Of a stretch of DNA of 64,000 bases, positions 23,905 through 35,680 are shown piece by piece; the stretch's first letter is position 1; every line of letters begins with the position of its first letter. Position numbers and translations under genes: made by a program. The notes below the pieces were generated by a model. That model ran no database searches and had not been told where the DNA came from. It was given only the letters and a program-made list of their open reading frames with translations. The stretch comes from Camelus dromedarius (taxonomy: Eukaryota). Location of the stretch: NCBI RefSeq assembly GCF_036321535.1, contig NC_087437.1, positions 104,286,001 to 104,350,000 on the forward strand. Reading direction: 5' to 3'.

Positions 23905-26900
23905 CAAACAAACAAAAAACAAACCTTTGACATCTTTTATTTGTGTTGTCTCTGATTAGAGATCCTGGAAAAACTGATCATCTGTCCCAACAGAAGAGCT
24001 AACATCCCCCACATGGGCAAAATCTCCAGCTGGTATTATAAATAATCACAAAGCATCCCCCACCAAGATTCAAATAGATTCCTCAAAACCTCTTCCCAGA
24101 ATTAATCAGTGCCTTATAAGCAAAGACGCCCTTCAAGGCACAAGGCCAAGGAGAGAAGATTACAAGGCTCAAGGCCCCATTATTCTTTGTAAATGCCCCT
24201 GTAACACTCCCAATTCACCAGAGAACAGAGTGGGTGAGGGTAAGAGGTCCATCTAGGACCTTCGGAACAATAAATAACAATGTAATTCCTTCATATGCTG
24301 TTATTCTTAACCTCATATGTTACTAACATCCATTCCTACCAGAAGTAAATTCTTTACTTAAAATGATTTAAGCAGTGCATTCTTTAGTTTCCAGGTGATA
24401 AAGCTTCTCGATACCTTTTTGCCTTCACTTGGGAAGAAAAGTGATTCACCTAGAAGTAGCTCTCAGGATCTTACTGAGAGTCTTCTTATTTTTCACAAAT
24501 CCTGGAGGCTCCTCTGGATGAGATAAAAGTTCCTTAGAGGTTCCACTTTGTCACAGTATGTGGCTTATTTGCTTCCCTGATCTCCTTCTCAAGCCTCCTC
24601 ACCAGAAGAGAGCATCCACCAGCTAAAGTTTTTAGCCTTAAAGGGACATGAGGTAGCCAAAGCAAAACTGCAGTTTGCTCAAACCCAAGTTCTACACCTA
24701 GCATCTGATATCAGAACAAGTGCTATACTTAGATCCAGATGGATTTCATCACGTCCAAAGTTTCCTAAAATCCAAAACTAAGTGCCAACTGCCAGATTTC
24801 CTTGGGCTAGTTAGTCATTGCCAAAACTGTATCCTAAATTTCTATGACCAAACTTCTGTATGTTTTACTAAACAATAACAACCCTGATCAAATTTTATGG
24901 GAAAAACCAGATTAAATCACTTTCAAGGCCTTAAAGGAGAGTTTGATGAATGCACTTGTCTTTGATATCCCAATGATCAGATTCCATTTTTTGTTTTTGT
25001 ATATGAAAAGGAAGGAAATGCGCTTTGAGTACTCACACCAAAACACAGGGCCCACCACTGACCCATAGGGTTTTATAGCCAGCAACTGGCCCTGTGGCAT
25101 GGGGATACCAACCCTTGCCTCAGTGCCATTACGGCCACTGTTCTTTTGGTTAAGGCCACTGGGGAAAATTTTGTGGGATCCTCTTTAACCATTTTTGTAC
25201 CTTATGCAGCAGAAGCGCTCCTGAATTCTCGACACACTCAACAATTCTCAGCCAGCTGCCTCACCTCCTGTTAAGTCCTTTTGTTAGCTGCTTCACACAT
25301 AACTCTTCTACATTGAAATAACCTTCACACACTACTCTTTCCCTCTCCATCATGGATGAAATTCCTCATGACTGTTTAATGTTGATGGATTATCTCCTGA
25401 CTCCTTGAGATGATCTACAGGAAATTCTCTGGTTACCACTGATTTCTCATGGTTCAGTGATGGTTTTATTCAATAGGCAACAATGGCAAATATTGTCCTT
25501 ATGCTACTGCAACTTCTTTGGATGCTGTTGAGACAGCATCTTTACCTATGGCTGTTTTAGCCCAACAGGCTAAACTGCACATTCTTACTTGGGCTGTGGT
25601 AGCTCATGACATTGAAATGTTGTAGAACTAATGTGGCTTCCTTACTTACCAAATAAATAAAATTAACCATGGTCCTTGTGCTCAGGAATCATTTGATGCA
25701 GTTCTTTTACTTGCCACTTTAGCTATTATTAAGAATGCAGGACATTGCAAATTTGACCTTCTGGAAGCTAAGAGAAATCACTTATTTGATATTTTTCTCC
25801 AAGGATTGCTGCCTTAATATCACCCAAAGGGTCCAAAGGGATATTTCCCCAAATGACAACAAAGGAAAAAATAGCCAGAGAATCCCAATAATTGGCCTCA
25901 GGAAAGAACAAACAAAACTGGAAAGTTAACAATTATTGGTTTGATAAAAATTTAAAAAGCTCTGGTTTGGACCAAGTAACAACCCAGTCTTACTGGAGGA
26001 CTCCCCACTGTACACGCATTAAACCATTGGTCTCCTGACAAAACGATAGCCTTTATGGTAATCAATATTGATGTGACACATTAACAAGCTATGAAATGTG
26101 CCTACCTTACTTGTCCCTCTTGTCTGAAGTGCAACTCAGGAGAGCCTGTTAGTACTGCTCCCAAACATTAAACTGCCTAATGAATCATTCACAGCCTGGC
26201 AAATAGATTTCATACAACTTTCTTTATCTCATGGATATAAATATGTTTTAGTCATGGTCTGTGTGTTTTCACACTGGACCAAAGCCTTCACTTGCAGACA
26301 GGCTAATGCCTCTTTTGTGGATAAAATCCTTTTACAAAAGATTATTCCTACTTAGAGAAGTCATCTTGAACTTCATAGTGATCAAGTAGCTCACTTTAGT
26401 GGATAGATTCTTCAACATTTCTCTGCTGTTTGGACAGTTTTACCTTTTTCCTATTTCCCATCCTCAATACTCTAGCTTAGTTGAATGTACTACCAGAATT
26501 ATTAAGACTCAGTTGGCAGAATTTGTAGAGATCTTGCAAATATCTTGACCAAAAGTATTACCACTGGTTTTTCTAAATCTCAGATCCACCCTTTTTGGAA
26601 TTCTTAAACTATCACCCTTTGAGGTAGTCACAGGATGCACAATGCACTTGACTCTTGCTTCTTTTGACCCACAACCGATAAAAAGGGAGATATTTCAACA
26701 TTGCAAAGGCTTAATTGCTTCTATTAAAAATAACCATGTTTTGGTACAGCCATCTGTTCACAGTGTGCTTTCAGGAGATGAAGACCTTAAGCAACACACC
26801 TTGTAACCTGGAGATTTTATCTACTGGACCAGATACCTCCAGAAGAACTTTCTTCAGCCTCACTGGAGAGGCTCCTATCAGGTACTGCTAACCAACTCTT

Positions 26901-27020
26901 GTGCCACCAAACTCCAAGAAATAAATTAGTACATTCACATGACACATCTGAAGAAAGCACTGAACACTGACTAGACCTACACATCATTTGATGACCTGAA
27001 AATGAAGAGTTCTTGGAATT
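23726..27020 (+). pseudogene. pol: ERV pro (C-terminal remnant) and pol remnant: RT, RNase H, integrase; many stops and frameshifts
   Basis: Protease 'FLL....IHLLG*D' (LLGRD). RT 'PCNTP', 'DLSSAFFS', 'YLFAFTWE' and 'QYVAYLL' at 24554 (decayed YVDD). RNase H 'WFSDG' and 'AQQAKL'. Integrase 'WQIDFIQL' (26197), 'LHSDQ..HF', 'HPQYSSLVE', 'LSPFEVVTG', 'LQPHWRGSYQVLLT' and 'IHMTHLKKA'. Confidence 0.93.
23872..23923. repeat. (AAAAC)n/(AAAC)n microsatellite inside the provirus
   Basis: Seen directly in the sequence. Confidence 0.9.
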
Positions 27021-27378
27021 GAAGCAGATGACATCTGATGATACAGCTTTCTAAAAATAGCCAGAGCAGGCCTGTTGGAAGTTTATCATGAAATCTTTGA
27101 TGGTGACATAATGCTTCAGATGATTTCCAATGTCTAGGATTTTGATACCATAAGCATTTTAGATAAAAAATGCCTAACAGTTCTCCCTTCTACCTCTCCT
27201 TGTTACTTGAGTGTGACATCAATAGGTTTCCAGTCTGTGCAATTTCACTTTGACATGAGATACTAAACCCAGGAAAAGTTTTTTTCTGACATTGAGGGTT
27301 AAAAAGCTGTTGAAACAAGAAAACCTAACTATTGATCAGTAAGGCTTTTGGAGAAAGATCTTGCTCAGAAGGGGTTAA

Positions 27379-27720
27379 TGTAAAAAAAAAATTAATAAAC
27401 AGAAACTTCAGTTAAATAAAAATGAGAGATCAGAAGGAGGAGCTTTTATGCCATGTATAATATTGGAGACTAACAGGAAGAAGAAAGACTCCTCTTCTTT
27501 CCTGGCAAGGACTCCATAAATGAGACGCCATGGACTCTGTTTGCTAAAGCTCTCCCAACTTATTCCCCCTCTATAAACATGTTCTCCTCCCCTTGCTGTG
27601 TGGCGACTTGCACATGGCTCACCATGATTGCAGACTCCTAAATTGCAATTTTCTGATGATACTAAACGAACCCATCTTTGCTGGAAAAGTATCTGGTAGT
27701 CTATTTGTTTTAGATCAACA
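27379..27720 (+). repeat. 3' LTR of the provirus
   Basis: Begins TGT after the decayed PPT 'agaaggggttaa', has TATAAA at 27572-27577 and ends 'gatcaaca'. Confidence 0.95.
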
Positions 27721-29534
27721 AAACCTAATCTCTTCCTTTGCAGCAGGACCACCTTTTAAAATCTTAAATGTCTTGATGGTTATCTGTCTTGTTCATACTA
27801 ATTCCCTAATATGTTTAGTTCTGCCTTGCTGATATATCCTCAGGTCTTAGTTACACAACAGATGAAACCATCCACCCAACAGTTACATTAAGGGAAGTTT
27901 TTTAAAAATAGATATAATAGTATTTCTTATTTTAATACTAAAGAGCTATGTTATATCCAAAGTGACAAAAATAGAAACTGAATAATCAATAAAACAATGA
28001 CATGTTGGTAAGTCCTTTCTCAACCTATTTTTGTGATTTCATGTCATAATCATCATAATCATCCTGGTTAGATGCTTTGATGCTCACTAACCAACACCTA
28101 CTAAACTTCTTGCTTAACATATGGTCAGAGAAACCTCTACCAATTCCATGTGCTACCTAGTGATATTCTAGTCTTTGTTAAGTTTCATTAAATGTAAACT
28201 TTAATTCAACATGGCCCAACTTGTCTTAAAAATTGGCTGTGAAATTAATAGTCATAGTAAATGTCCAAAAAAAATTACCCAGTTAGACTAAATATTTTTT
28301 CCTACTTAGACTCAGACCATGGAAGAGATATGTAAAGAGATTGAAATTTTAGACTCTCATAAAATTGACATTTGGCTTTTTCCATCAGCTAAGTTTGAAT
28401 ATTAGCAAAATAAGTAACTTTATATGTTCATAGAGGAATATCTATATATCTACATAGATATATAGATACATGTAAAGGCCAGCCTTATACTTTATTATCT
28501 CTTTACAATAATTTAGACCTATCCTTGTAGAATATAAATTCAATATAATTTTCCTTTTTGTAATGTTCTCTTAGCCATCTTCATGCAAGATGGAAGAGTT
28601 AAAGACAAAATTATGTCACTGAATGTTAATTAAATATGCATAATTTTTCCTTTTTTGGGGAAACTAACAGCTTTTGATTCCTTTAAAAGTAGCCTTTCTT
28701 TATTGATTGCTAAATTTCCTTCCTCCCCCAACACCTACCTTAGGCTGAATACTACAACCAATTAATTGTTCCTTTAGCACTCCTTAAAACCAACTATTTT
28801 CTAGAGAAAAAATGCTGGAAAAGAGCACTGATTCTTTTTCTTCTGCTTCTAATTCTAAGCTTATCTGAGTCAGAGCTATTGAGATCTTCCGCAACAACTT
28901 GTGAGTGAGGAACTAAACTCTTAAAGTTCAGGTACTTTATTTTGTTCACAGGAGGTATAAATAGTCCAATGGAGAGTGAAATCTGAAACCGAAGCAAAAC
29001 TAGCCAAAGGAGATCTTGACACACTCAAAAAAAAGCCAATTATGGTTCTCTGAACTTTGGGGGAAAACAACCATATTCACCCCACAGTCACTGAGCTAGG
29101 TTTTTTCAATGCCCAATAGGCTAAGGAGTTGAGCACTTATCTGGGTGAGTCTTATCCACCCTGAGCCTGGCAAGATGGGAAGGAGCAAAAATAGAGAATT
29201 TCTTCCCCGATTTCAGAGAGGGGTTGATAACTGTATTTGAGTCACAGACATACAGGACAAAACATGTTTGCTTTTCATAACTTTGAGATCCCAGCTATAA
29301 AGGATATTTTCAAACAGCCAGCAAGAGTCTTAATTATCAGAGAAAAATAACTCTCAATCTTAGGGAATTCAACAGTCAAAAGACACATATGAAATAGAAT
29401 TACTAGAGGAGAAATATATAAACAGTAAAAATAATGATTAAAAGATCAGAGATTTCAATGGAATATAAAATCAAATTTTGATTTGGATCTTAACAGAAAT
29501 GAGTTTGAAATATAAAATTAAAATATATGAATTA

Positions 29535-30975
29535 GAGTTGGTTTCCAGTTCTGCATGTAAGGAGCTTGGAAGTCACCATTTCATACTGATGACAGGTAAA
29601 AAGCTAAACCAAATAAAAAATCAACAGTTGTTCCTGGAGTCACAAGATAAGGGAGGACACAGGACAAAACTCTGCCCCCCCAACTGGAGAGACAGACAGA
29701 TGCATGCTGGGAGTCATAACTTACCAGAGCAGAGAATCAGGACTGGAACTGCTGGGGGAATCAGTGCAGTGTTAGAAATAGATGGACTGGAACTGATGAA
29801 TTGATGAAGGCTCAGTGCAGTCAGCTTTGAGAGTTAAAAACTAAAGGGGGACCCAGTCTAGTGGGGCCCCACATTATTGTGGAACCACTAGACGCTCAAC
29901 CAGGTTTCCATAGTAAGTATCAGAGAAAAATTCCCTCCTGTTCCCAGCAGGATAACAGGATGAGGAACCATTTTGAAATACCCCGGAGAACTGTGTTCTT
30001 AATAAGACCTGCCCTCAGGGGAAACTAGTTAACCGGAGCCTAACCTGCTGGGGTTTCATCAGAGCTGGGGCTCCATTAGGGGAAGGGAAACACCCAACAC
30101 CAGCATACTCTAATCATCTTTTCTCACTTAAGGGAGAGGAAAAAAATCCTGAGAAACACCTGTGAAGCTCATGGTTCACAGGCTTAGATTCACTAAAACA
30201 CCTTGACCTAATCTTAGGACTAAAGAACAGTCCTGCTCCCCCATCCTCTCACCACCACATCACAAAGGTCTATTTGCAGCAGCTCCATTTATCCAGTGCA
30301 TCATGCCCAGCTATCAAGAAAAAAATTGTAAGGCACACCAAAGGTTAAGTGTGCAATCTGAAATGATAGAGCAAGTGTCAGAACCAGAAACTGCAGAGAC
30401 GTTAGAATTATCAGAAAGTTACCAGGGATAAAAAGGGCACTATATAATGATAAGGGGTCAATTCTCCAAGAAGACATAATAATTCTTAATATGTATCCAC
30501 TTAGCAATAGAGTGTCAATCTCCCCGAGGCAAAACTGATAGAATGGAAAGGAGAAATAGATTATTTCACTATCATAGTTGGATGCTTCAACACCCTTCTC
30601 TCTGAAATGGACATATCCAGTGGGAAGAATATTAGTAAAAATGTAGTTTAACTCAACAACACTATCATCAACTAGCAATAATTGACGTCTATAAACTGCT
30701 TCATCCAACAACAGCTGAATTCACACATCTATTACAAGGCTGTTATCCAAAATATAAAAATAACTCTTAAAATATAACAAACAACCTGATTAAAATTGTG
30801 CCAAAGACCTTAATAGATACCTTAACAAAGAAGATATACAGATAGTAAATAAGCCTATGAAAAGTTACTCCGTATTGTAGGTCATCAGGAAAATGCAAAC
30901 TAAAATAACAATCAGATACCACTATGCAGCTATTAGGATGGCCAACACCCAGAACCCCACCAACATTAAATGTTA
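29535..30975 (+). mobile_element. Old LINE-1 (L1MC/L1M4-like) with 5' UTR and two large internal deletions
   Basis: 5' UTR-like at 29535-30300, ORF1 start-like at 30300-30415, endonuclease 'RDKKGHYIMIRGQFSKKT/EDIIILNMY' at 30420-30725, then ORF2 C-terminal sequence at 30730-30975 homologous to 63340-63580. Confidence 0.8.
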
Positions 30976-31049
30976 CTCGTCATATTTTTTTAAATAATGC
31001 TACAAACCTATTTGTACTATTAAGAGGGTAGGATCAGGAAATACTACTA

Positions 31050-32300
31050 TTGAAAGGAGAAATAGAGAAAATTTCAAGTCAGCAAGGAGAAATTTAAATA
31101 AACATACATTTGTCAAGCTAGCAACATTAAAAAAATGGTTAATTTAGAAAAAAACTCTATTAAGTAATAAACATAATAATACCATAAAAAATAAAGAAAA
31201 TTAGATATAGCACTTATTGCATTTAATGTCAAAGGTCTGAATTCGTTAAAAAGTCGAAGTTATAAGATCAGGTTAAAATGCAGAACCAGGTTAGATGTTT
31301 ACAATGAACAAATTTAAAACAAAGTGTCTAAGAAAGCCTGAAAAGTAAGGAATGACACAAAGATAGCCAGAAACTATGAAACAAAGGAAGAAGGGGAACA
31401 TTAAGAGCAGACTAAATTGAATAAAAGATTTCAAAAAATTAAATGTAAAGAAGAACTTTAGGTAATGTTAACAGGCACAATTAATGAAGGAAGTATAATT
31501 TCAGTATGCAACATAAAATATCACATCAAACAGATAAACTGAAAACATGTCACCTTACATCTAGCAGACAGGTAATACATTATAAATTATGATTCATTGC
31601 TGGCAGGTGTGTGAGGAATCTGTGCTTCCTTATATTTACATTGCTGGTGCAAAATATGAATTAATAGAGTTTGATGCAGGCAATTTGGCAATAAATACTA
31701 ACATTAACATATGCAGTGTTTGATTCTTTGAATCTTTCCTACATAGATACGATGTTCAAATATGTCCAAAAATACTTCTTAAAACAATTTCATAGTGGGC
31801 AAGAACAAGAAACAATATAAATGCCCATCAATACAGACAGGTTAGAATAAAAGCGCACATCACATAAGCACTAAAAAAGAAAAATTAGAGTAACACTTGA
31901 TTTTTTGGAGAGATTTTCAGTAAGAAATTGTTGAATGGGAAAAGTAAGATGCAGAAAGATGTGCATAATAGTACCCTGCTTTATAGGACAATAATAACCA
32001 TCTCTAGGATAAAGGTATAAACGTGTGTGTGCATATGTATATGTATGTGCCCATGGAGAAACATGCAAAAGGGCACATGCTACTTGTTAGCATGGGTGAG
32101 TGTAGATAATGGCAATCACGGAGAGAGAAAAAAGGTAACTGCAGGAAACATTCCATGTATTATATAATTTAAATTATGTATATTATAAGATCCATGAAAA
32201 AAGTCAATAAAATGTTAACAAGTTTGTATTAAAATGTTGGGATTTGAGGTGATTTTTACTTTAATACATTTCATGTATTATTTCAAATTTGAAAAATAAG
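31050..32300 (+). mobile_element. Very old LINE-1 (L1ME-like) fragments: ORF2 start and 3' end
   Basis: 'ttaatgtcaaaggtctgaattc' (NVxGLN endonuclease start) at ~31222 and 3' motifs 'cattgctggtg', 'ggcaatttggcaata', 'aaatgcccatcaatac', 'tgttgaatgggaaaagtaagatgcag'. Confidence 0.65.
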
Positions 32301-32899
32301 CACCCATGTTGAAAATTCTTAAAAATTGTCTTTGATTTTATAAATATAATACATGCATAATCATATGAATATGTATATAGTATATAAATGTTTATGTTAT
32401 ATGTTTTTATGCAGCACTGATATTTTTACTTCAATATGAGAAGCTTATTAATTTCAGTGATACGTATATAAATAACAATTACTATTGACTTCCCTTTTTA
32501 AGTGATAATTTCAGAAGCCTATCTGTAAATAGCTGAGAGAAATGTCCTAGGCCATTACTAAAATTGCTGATGAAAAAGAAGTGACTATCAAGATGCGAGA
32601 AGCAGAAAAGGTGATGGGGATCATGTTTTTTATTTCTTCCTCTGGTAAACTTTCCTTGGGAAAAGAAAAACTAAATTGACAATGACTCAACACATGCAGC
32701 TCATTAATAGATTTACCATTTTCAAATAATTGTGTTACTCAATGGAAAATACTTATGCATTGATGGAACATCAGCATCCTAGGCTGGTGTAATCCAAAAT
32801 ATCCCTCCAGCTTCTAGGTAATCAGAAATCCTGCAACTTAGATCGCCATTCCTTTTAATCACCTAACTTAATCACCTTATGGAGTAGAACAGAGAAACG

Positions 32900-33085
32900 C
32901 ATGTTACAGTGTAAAGGACAAATGCTTTAGGGTCGCTACTTGTGACCTTAGAAGATAACTTTACCTCTCTAAATCTCTTGTATGTATGTAGGGATGATAC
33001 AAATAGCTAATTCACTCTATTTCTTTAAGGACTTAAAAACATTTCATTTATGCAAATTGTTGGCATGGAACAGACAAAGCATGAT
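32900..33085 (+). mobile_element. MIR SINE
   Basis: 'ctacttgtgaccttagaagataactttacctctctaaatctc' resembles the MIR core. Confidence 0.55.
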
Positions 33086-33341
33086 AAATCGATGAAATCA
33101 TAACTGATATCAAAATTCTGTTCTCAAATCAAAGCACTCTGGTAAGAGTTAAAGCCTTCTTTATGAGAATCAGACTCAAAAAGACTTTAACATTTTCCCC
33201 TGACAGTTTTTTAGGGGTATAGAAACTATAAAGGGATATGTCTAGCCCACCAGTCTATATCAGGTGGGGCAGGCAATGCAGTTAGAGACAAGGAGTTTAA
33301 GATGAAGGGTGTTACAGTTACCAAGGAGTACAGACAGAGGA

Positions 33342-33610
33342 GTGTCAGTCCCTTCGGACTGCTGTAACAAATGACACTGCAGACTGCGGCTTATAAACAA
33401 TAGAAATTTATTTCTCATCGTTGTGGATGCCTGGAAGCCTGTTTCCTAGACAGCTGCCTTTTTGCTCTAACCTCACGTGGCAGAAATGGCAAGAGAGCCC
33501 TCTTGATCCTCTCTCATAAGAGCACTAATTCCATTTGTAAGGGGTCTGCACTCATGATGGAGGTCCTACCTCCTAATACCGTCATATGAATTTTGAGGTG
33601 ACACAAACAG
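33342..33610 (-). mobile_element. MLT1A-like ERVL-MaLR LTR
   Basis: 'ctgctgtaacaaa...gcttataaacaatagaaatttatttctca', 'ctcataagagcactaattccattt' and 'atatgaattttgaggtgacacaaaca'. Confidence 0.85.
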
Positions 33611-35479
33611 GGAGGGAAAGAGGATTTCTAAAAGTTTGCCAGCAGTAAAAACAAAACAAAACAAAACAAAACAACTTTATGGCCAAAGTATATTTAAATT
33701 ATCACTAGTCAAATACATTTTTAAATTCATTCATATTTATTGAATTCTCACTTCATAGTCCACATTTTTTATCTCATGCCTTGTATTTACTTTCTAAATT
33801 TATGTCATTTCAGTTTCTAATAGTGAAAATGAGTGTCATCAACAATTGAGAAAAACCTAAAAAGAAAAGATACTAAACCTGACTTTTACAACATCTCATT
33901 GTTTTCTGTCTATATTTATTCTCCTTGTCATTGGTTCATTTACCTTGTTGGAATAAAGTACTCAATCTATTTTCCATTAAACTTCAAGTGCCATCTACAC
34001 TTTTTACCATAGAAGAAGCGTAATGCTTGAAGACACTGAGCATTCTGATATCATGATATCAAGAGCATTCAGTATGACACTGTTGTCAAGGCTTAAAGAT
34101 ATAATTAAGAAGTGACTGCTAAATTTCCAGCAAAGAAAAGAACAATTATTCACTTTATCTTTCTTGTATGCCTCAGATAACTCTAAAAAAAGGACAGATT
34201 CATCATTGCTACATAGAAAGTTAAATTTTCATATATATATGAAAATGTTTATATTTGATTATATATATAAAATCTACTTTTAGTAACTGACATTGAAAAA
34301 TCATGGTCATATGTTTTCACTGAAAGTATGGCATTTTAAATATAACATTTTAAATGTGAAAGTTATGCCATGCTACTAGGGAGGACACACAAGCTAAAAA
34401 TGTAGCAATGTAGAGAAAATTAGAGTATCTCCTGTGACATTAATTGTATCACTCTAATAGAGATTTTTATAAACTAGTAAATGCTAATAAAATTTTGAAT
34501 TAATCTTTTTTACCTTAAATTTGTATATTTGCAATTCACATATTAAGTATGAAATTAGTTTGAATATCTGAAAGTATTTAGGTACTCACTATTGAAATCT
34601 AATGTAAAATTTGTACTTTATATGCCAAAAATAAGTTTTTGTTCATAAATATATTCACATCAGTTTTATCTTCTAAATTTATGTATTTCCGTTTAGTAGC
34701 ATCAAATTATAATCTTTCAAGTAATGAATAAAAATAAGCATTATTCAATTATACTCTTAAAGTAATATATAATTAGATTAATTTCTCCCTAATTTTTTTC
34801 TACTGTTATTTAGACAAAATTTGCATTAGCAAGTAGAAATATGAATAGAATTATTAGCATTTATTGATCTTTCAGTTCTTCCATCTTCTACTAGATTATG
34901 CTGATTAAGGATTTAGTTTAGCATTTTTCTCAGAATCATTTTGCTGTAGTTCCTGAAAATATCTGTGTAGCTGCTGTCTTGTTCACTTATGGAATTAAAA
35001 ATTGACTTTTGCCTAAGGAAACTTCTTATAGTCATAAAAATGTGAATGCATAAATTATTTAGTTTTAATTAATCCATTACATCTTTCTGAATGGTCAGCT
35101 ACAGAATTAGAATCTGTATGATACTGACTATAGCTTAAAGTGCTTCCAGTAAGGTTTCCATGATGGAACATACAGTTGGTTCTATGGGATAAAAAAGACT
35201 ATTAGTTGTTGGCAGCCTAGATGTTAATTTTCATTTTTTTAAAGAATTTTGTAGATAAAAGACACAAATTAATCCAAATCACCTGGATTAAATATTCGGA
35301 TTTTGCATGGCTGCCAAAAATCTACAACTTCATAGCACTGCAAATTATAATTGTATATATATTTTTCTTAAGTTCTCTCATACCTTTGATTTCTCCAGAT
35401 TGAAAAATATATAATCATTAATAAATAATAATAATAAAATTGCTGGTTAATTAGATCTAAAGACAAAAGAGGGAACTTT

Positions 35480-35680
35480 TGTGTGTTTGTCAATTATTAC
35501 ATACCAGAACCTTCAATGGATCCGTAAATGAGAGCTTTTACTTCTAATTTTGAGGGTGCTATTATTCTAATTTTAAGATGAGAGAACTGAAAATCAGAAT
35601 GGTTTAAGAAATGTTTCGAAGTCTGACATTGAAGGATTCAAAGACAAACCCAGATAGTACCAGAGCAAAACTCTTTCCAA
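35480..35680 (-). mobile_element. MIR SINE
   Basis: Antisense core 'attattctaattttaagatgagagaactgaaaatcagaatggtttaag'. Confidence 0.55.

Larger units (their letters stand above)
21905..27720 (+). mobile_element. Decayed class I endogenous retrovirus (ERV1, MER34-like): LTR-PBS-gag(partial)-pro(partial)-pol-PPT-LTR, no env
   Basis: Two homologous ~345 bp direct repeats both end in 'tcaaca'. A PBS follows the first and a purine tract precedes the second. Gag, RT, RNase H and integrase motifs lie between them in retroviral order. The MER34 assignment rests on recalled LTR similarity. Confidence 0.95.

Noticed and set aside
27020..27378. Possible env or HEMO/syncytin-like gene
   Set aside because: Only ~350 bp, with no ORF, furin site, immunosuppressive domain or CX6CC motif visible.
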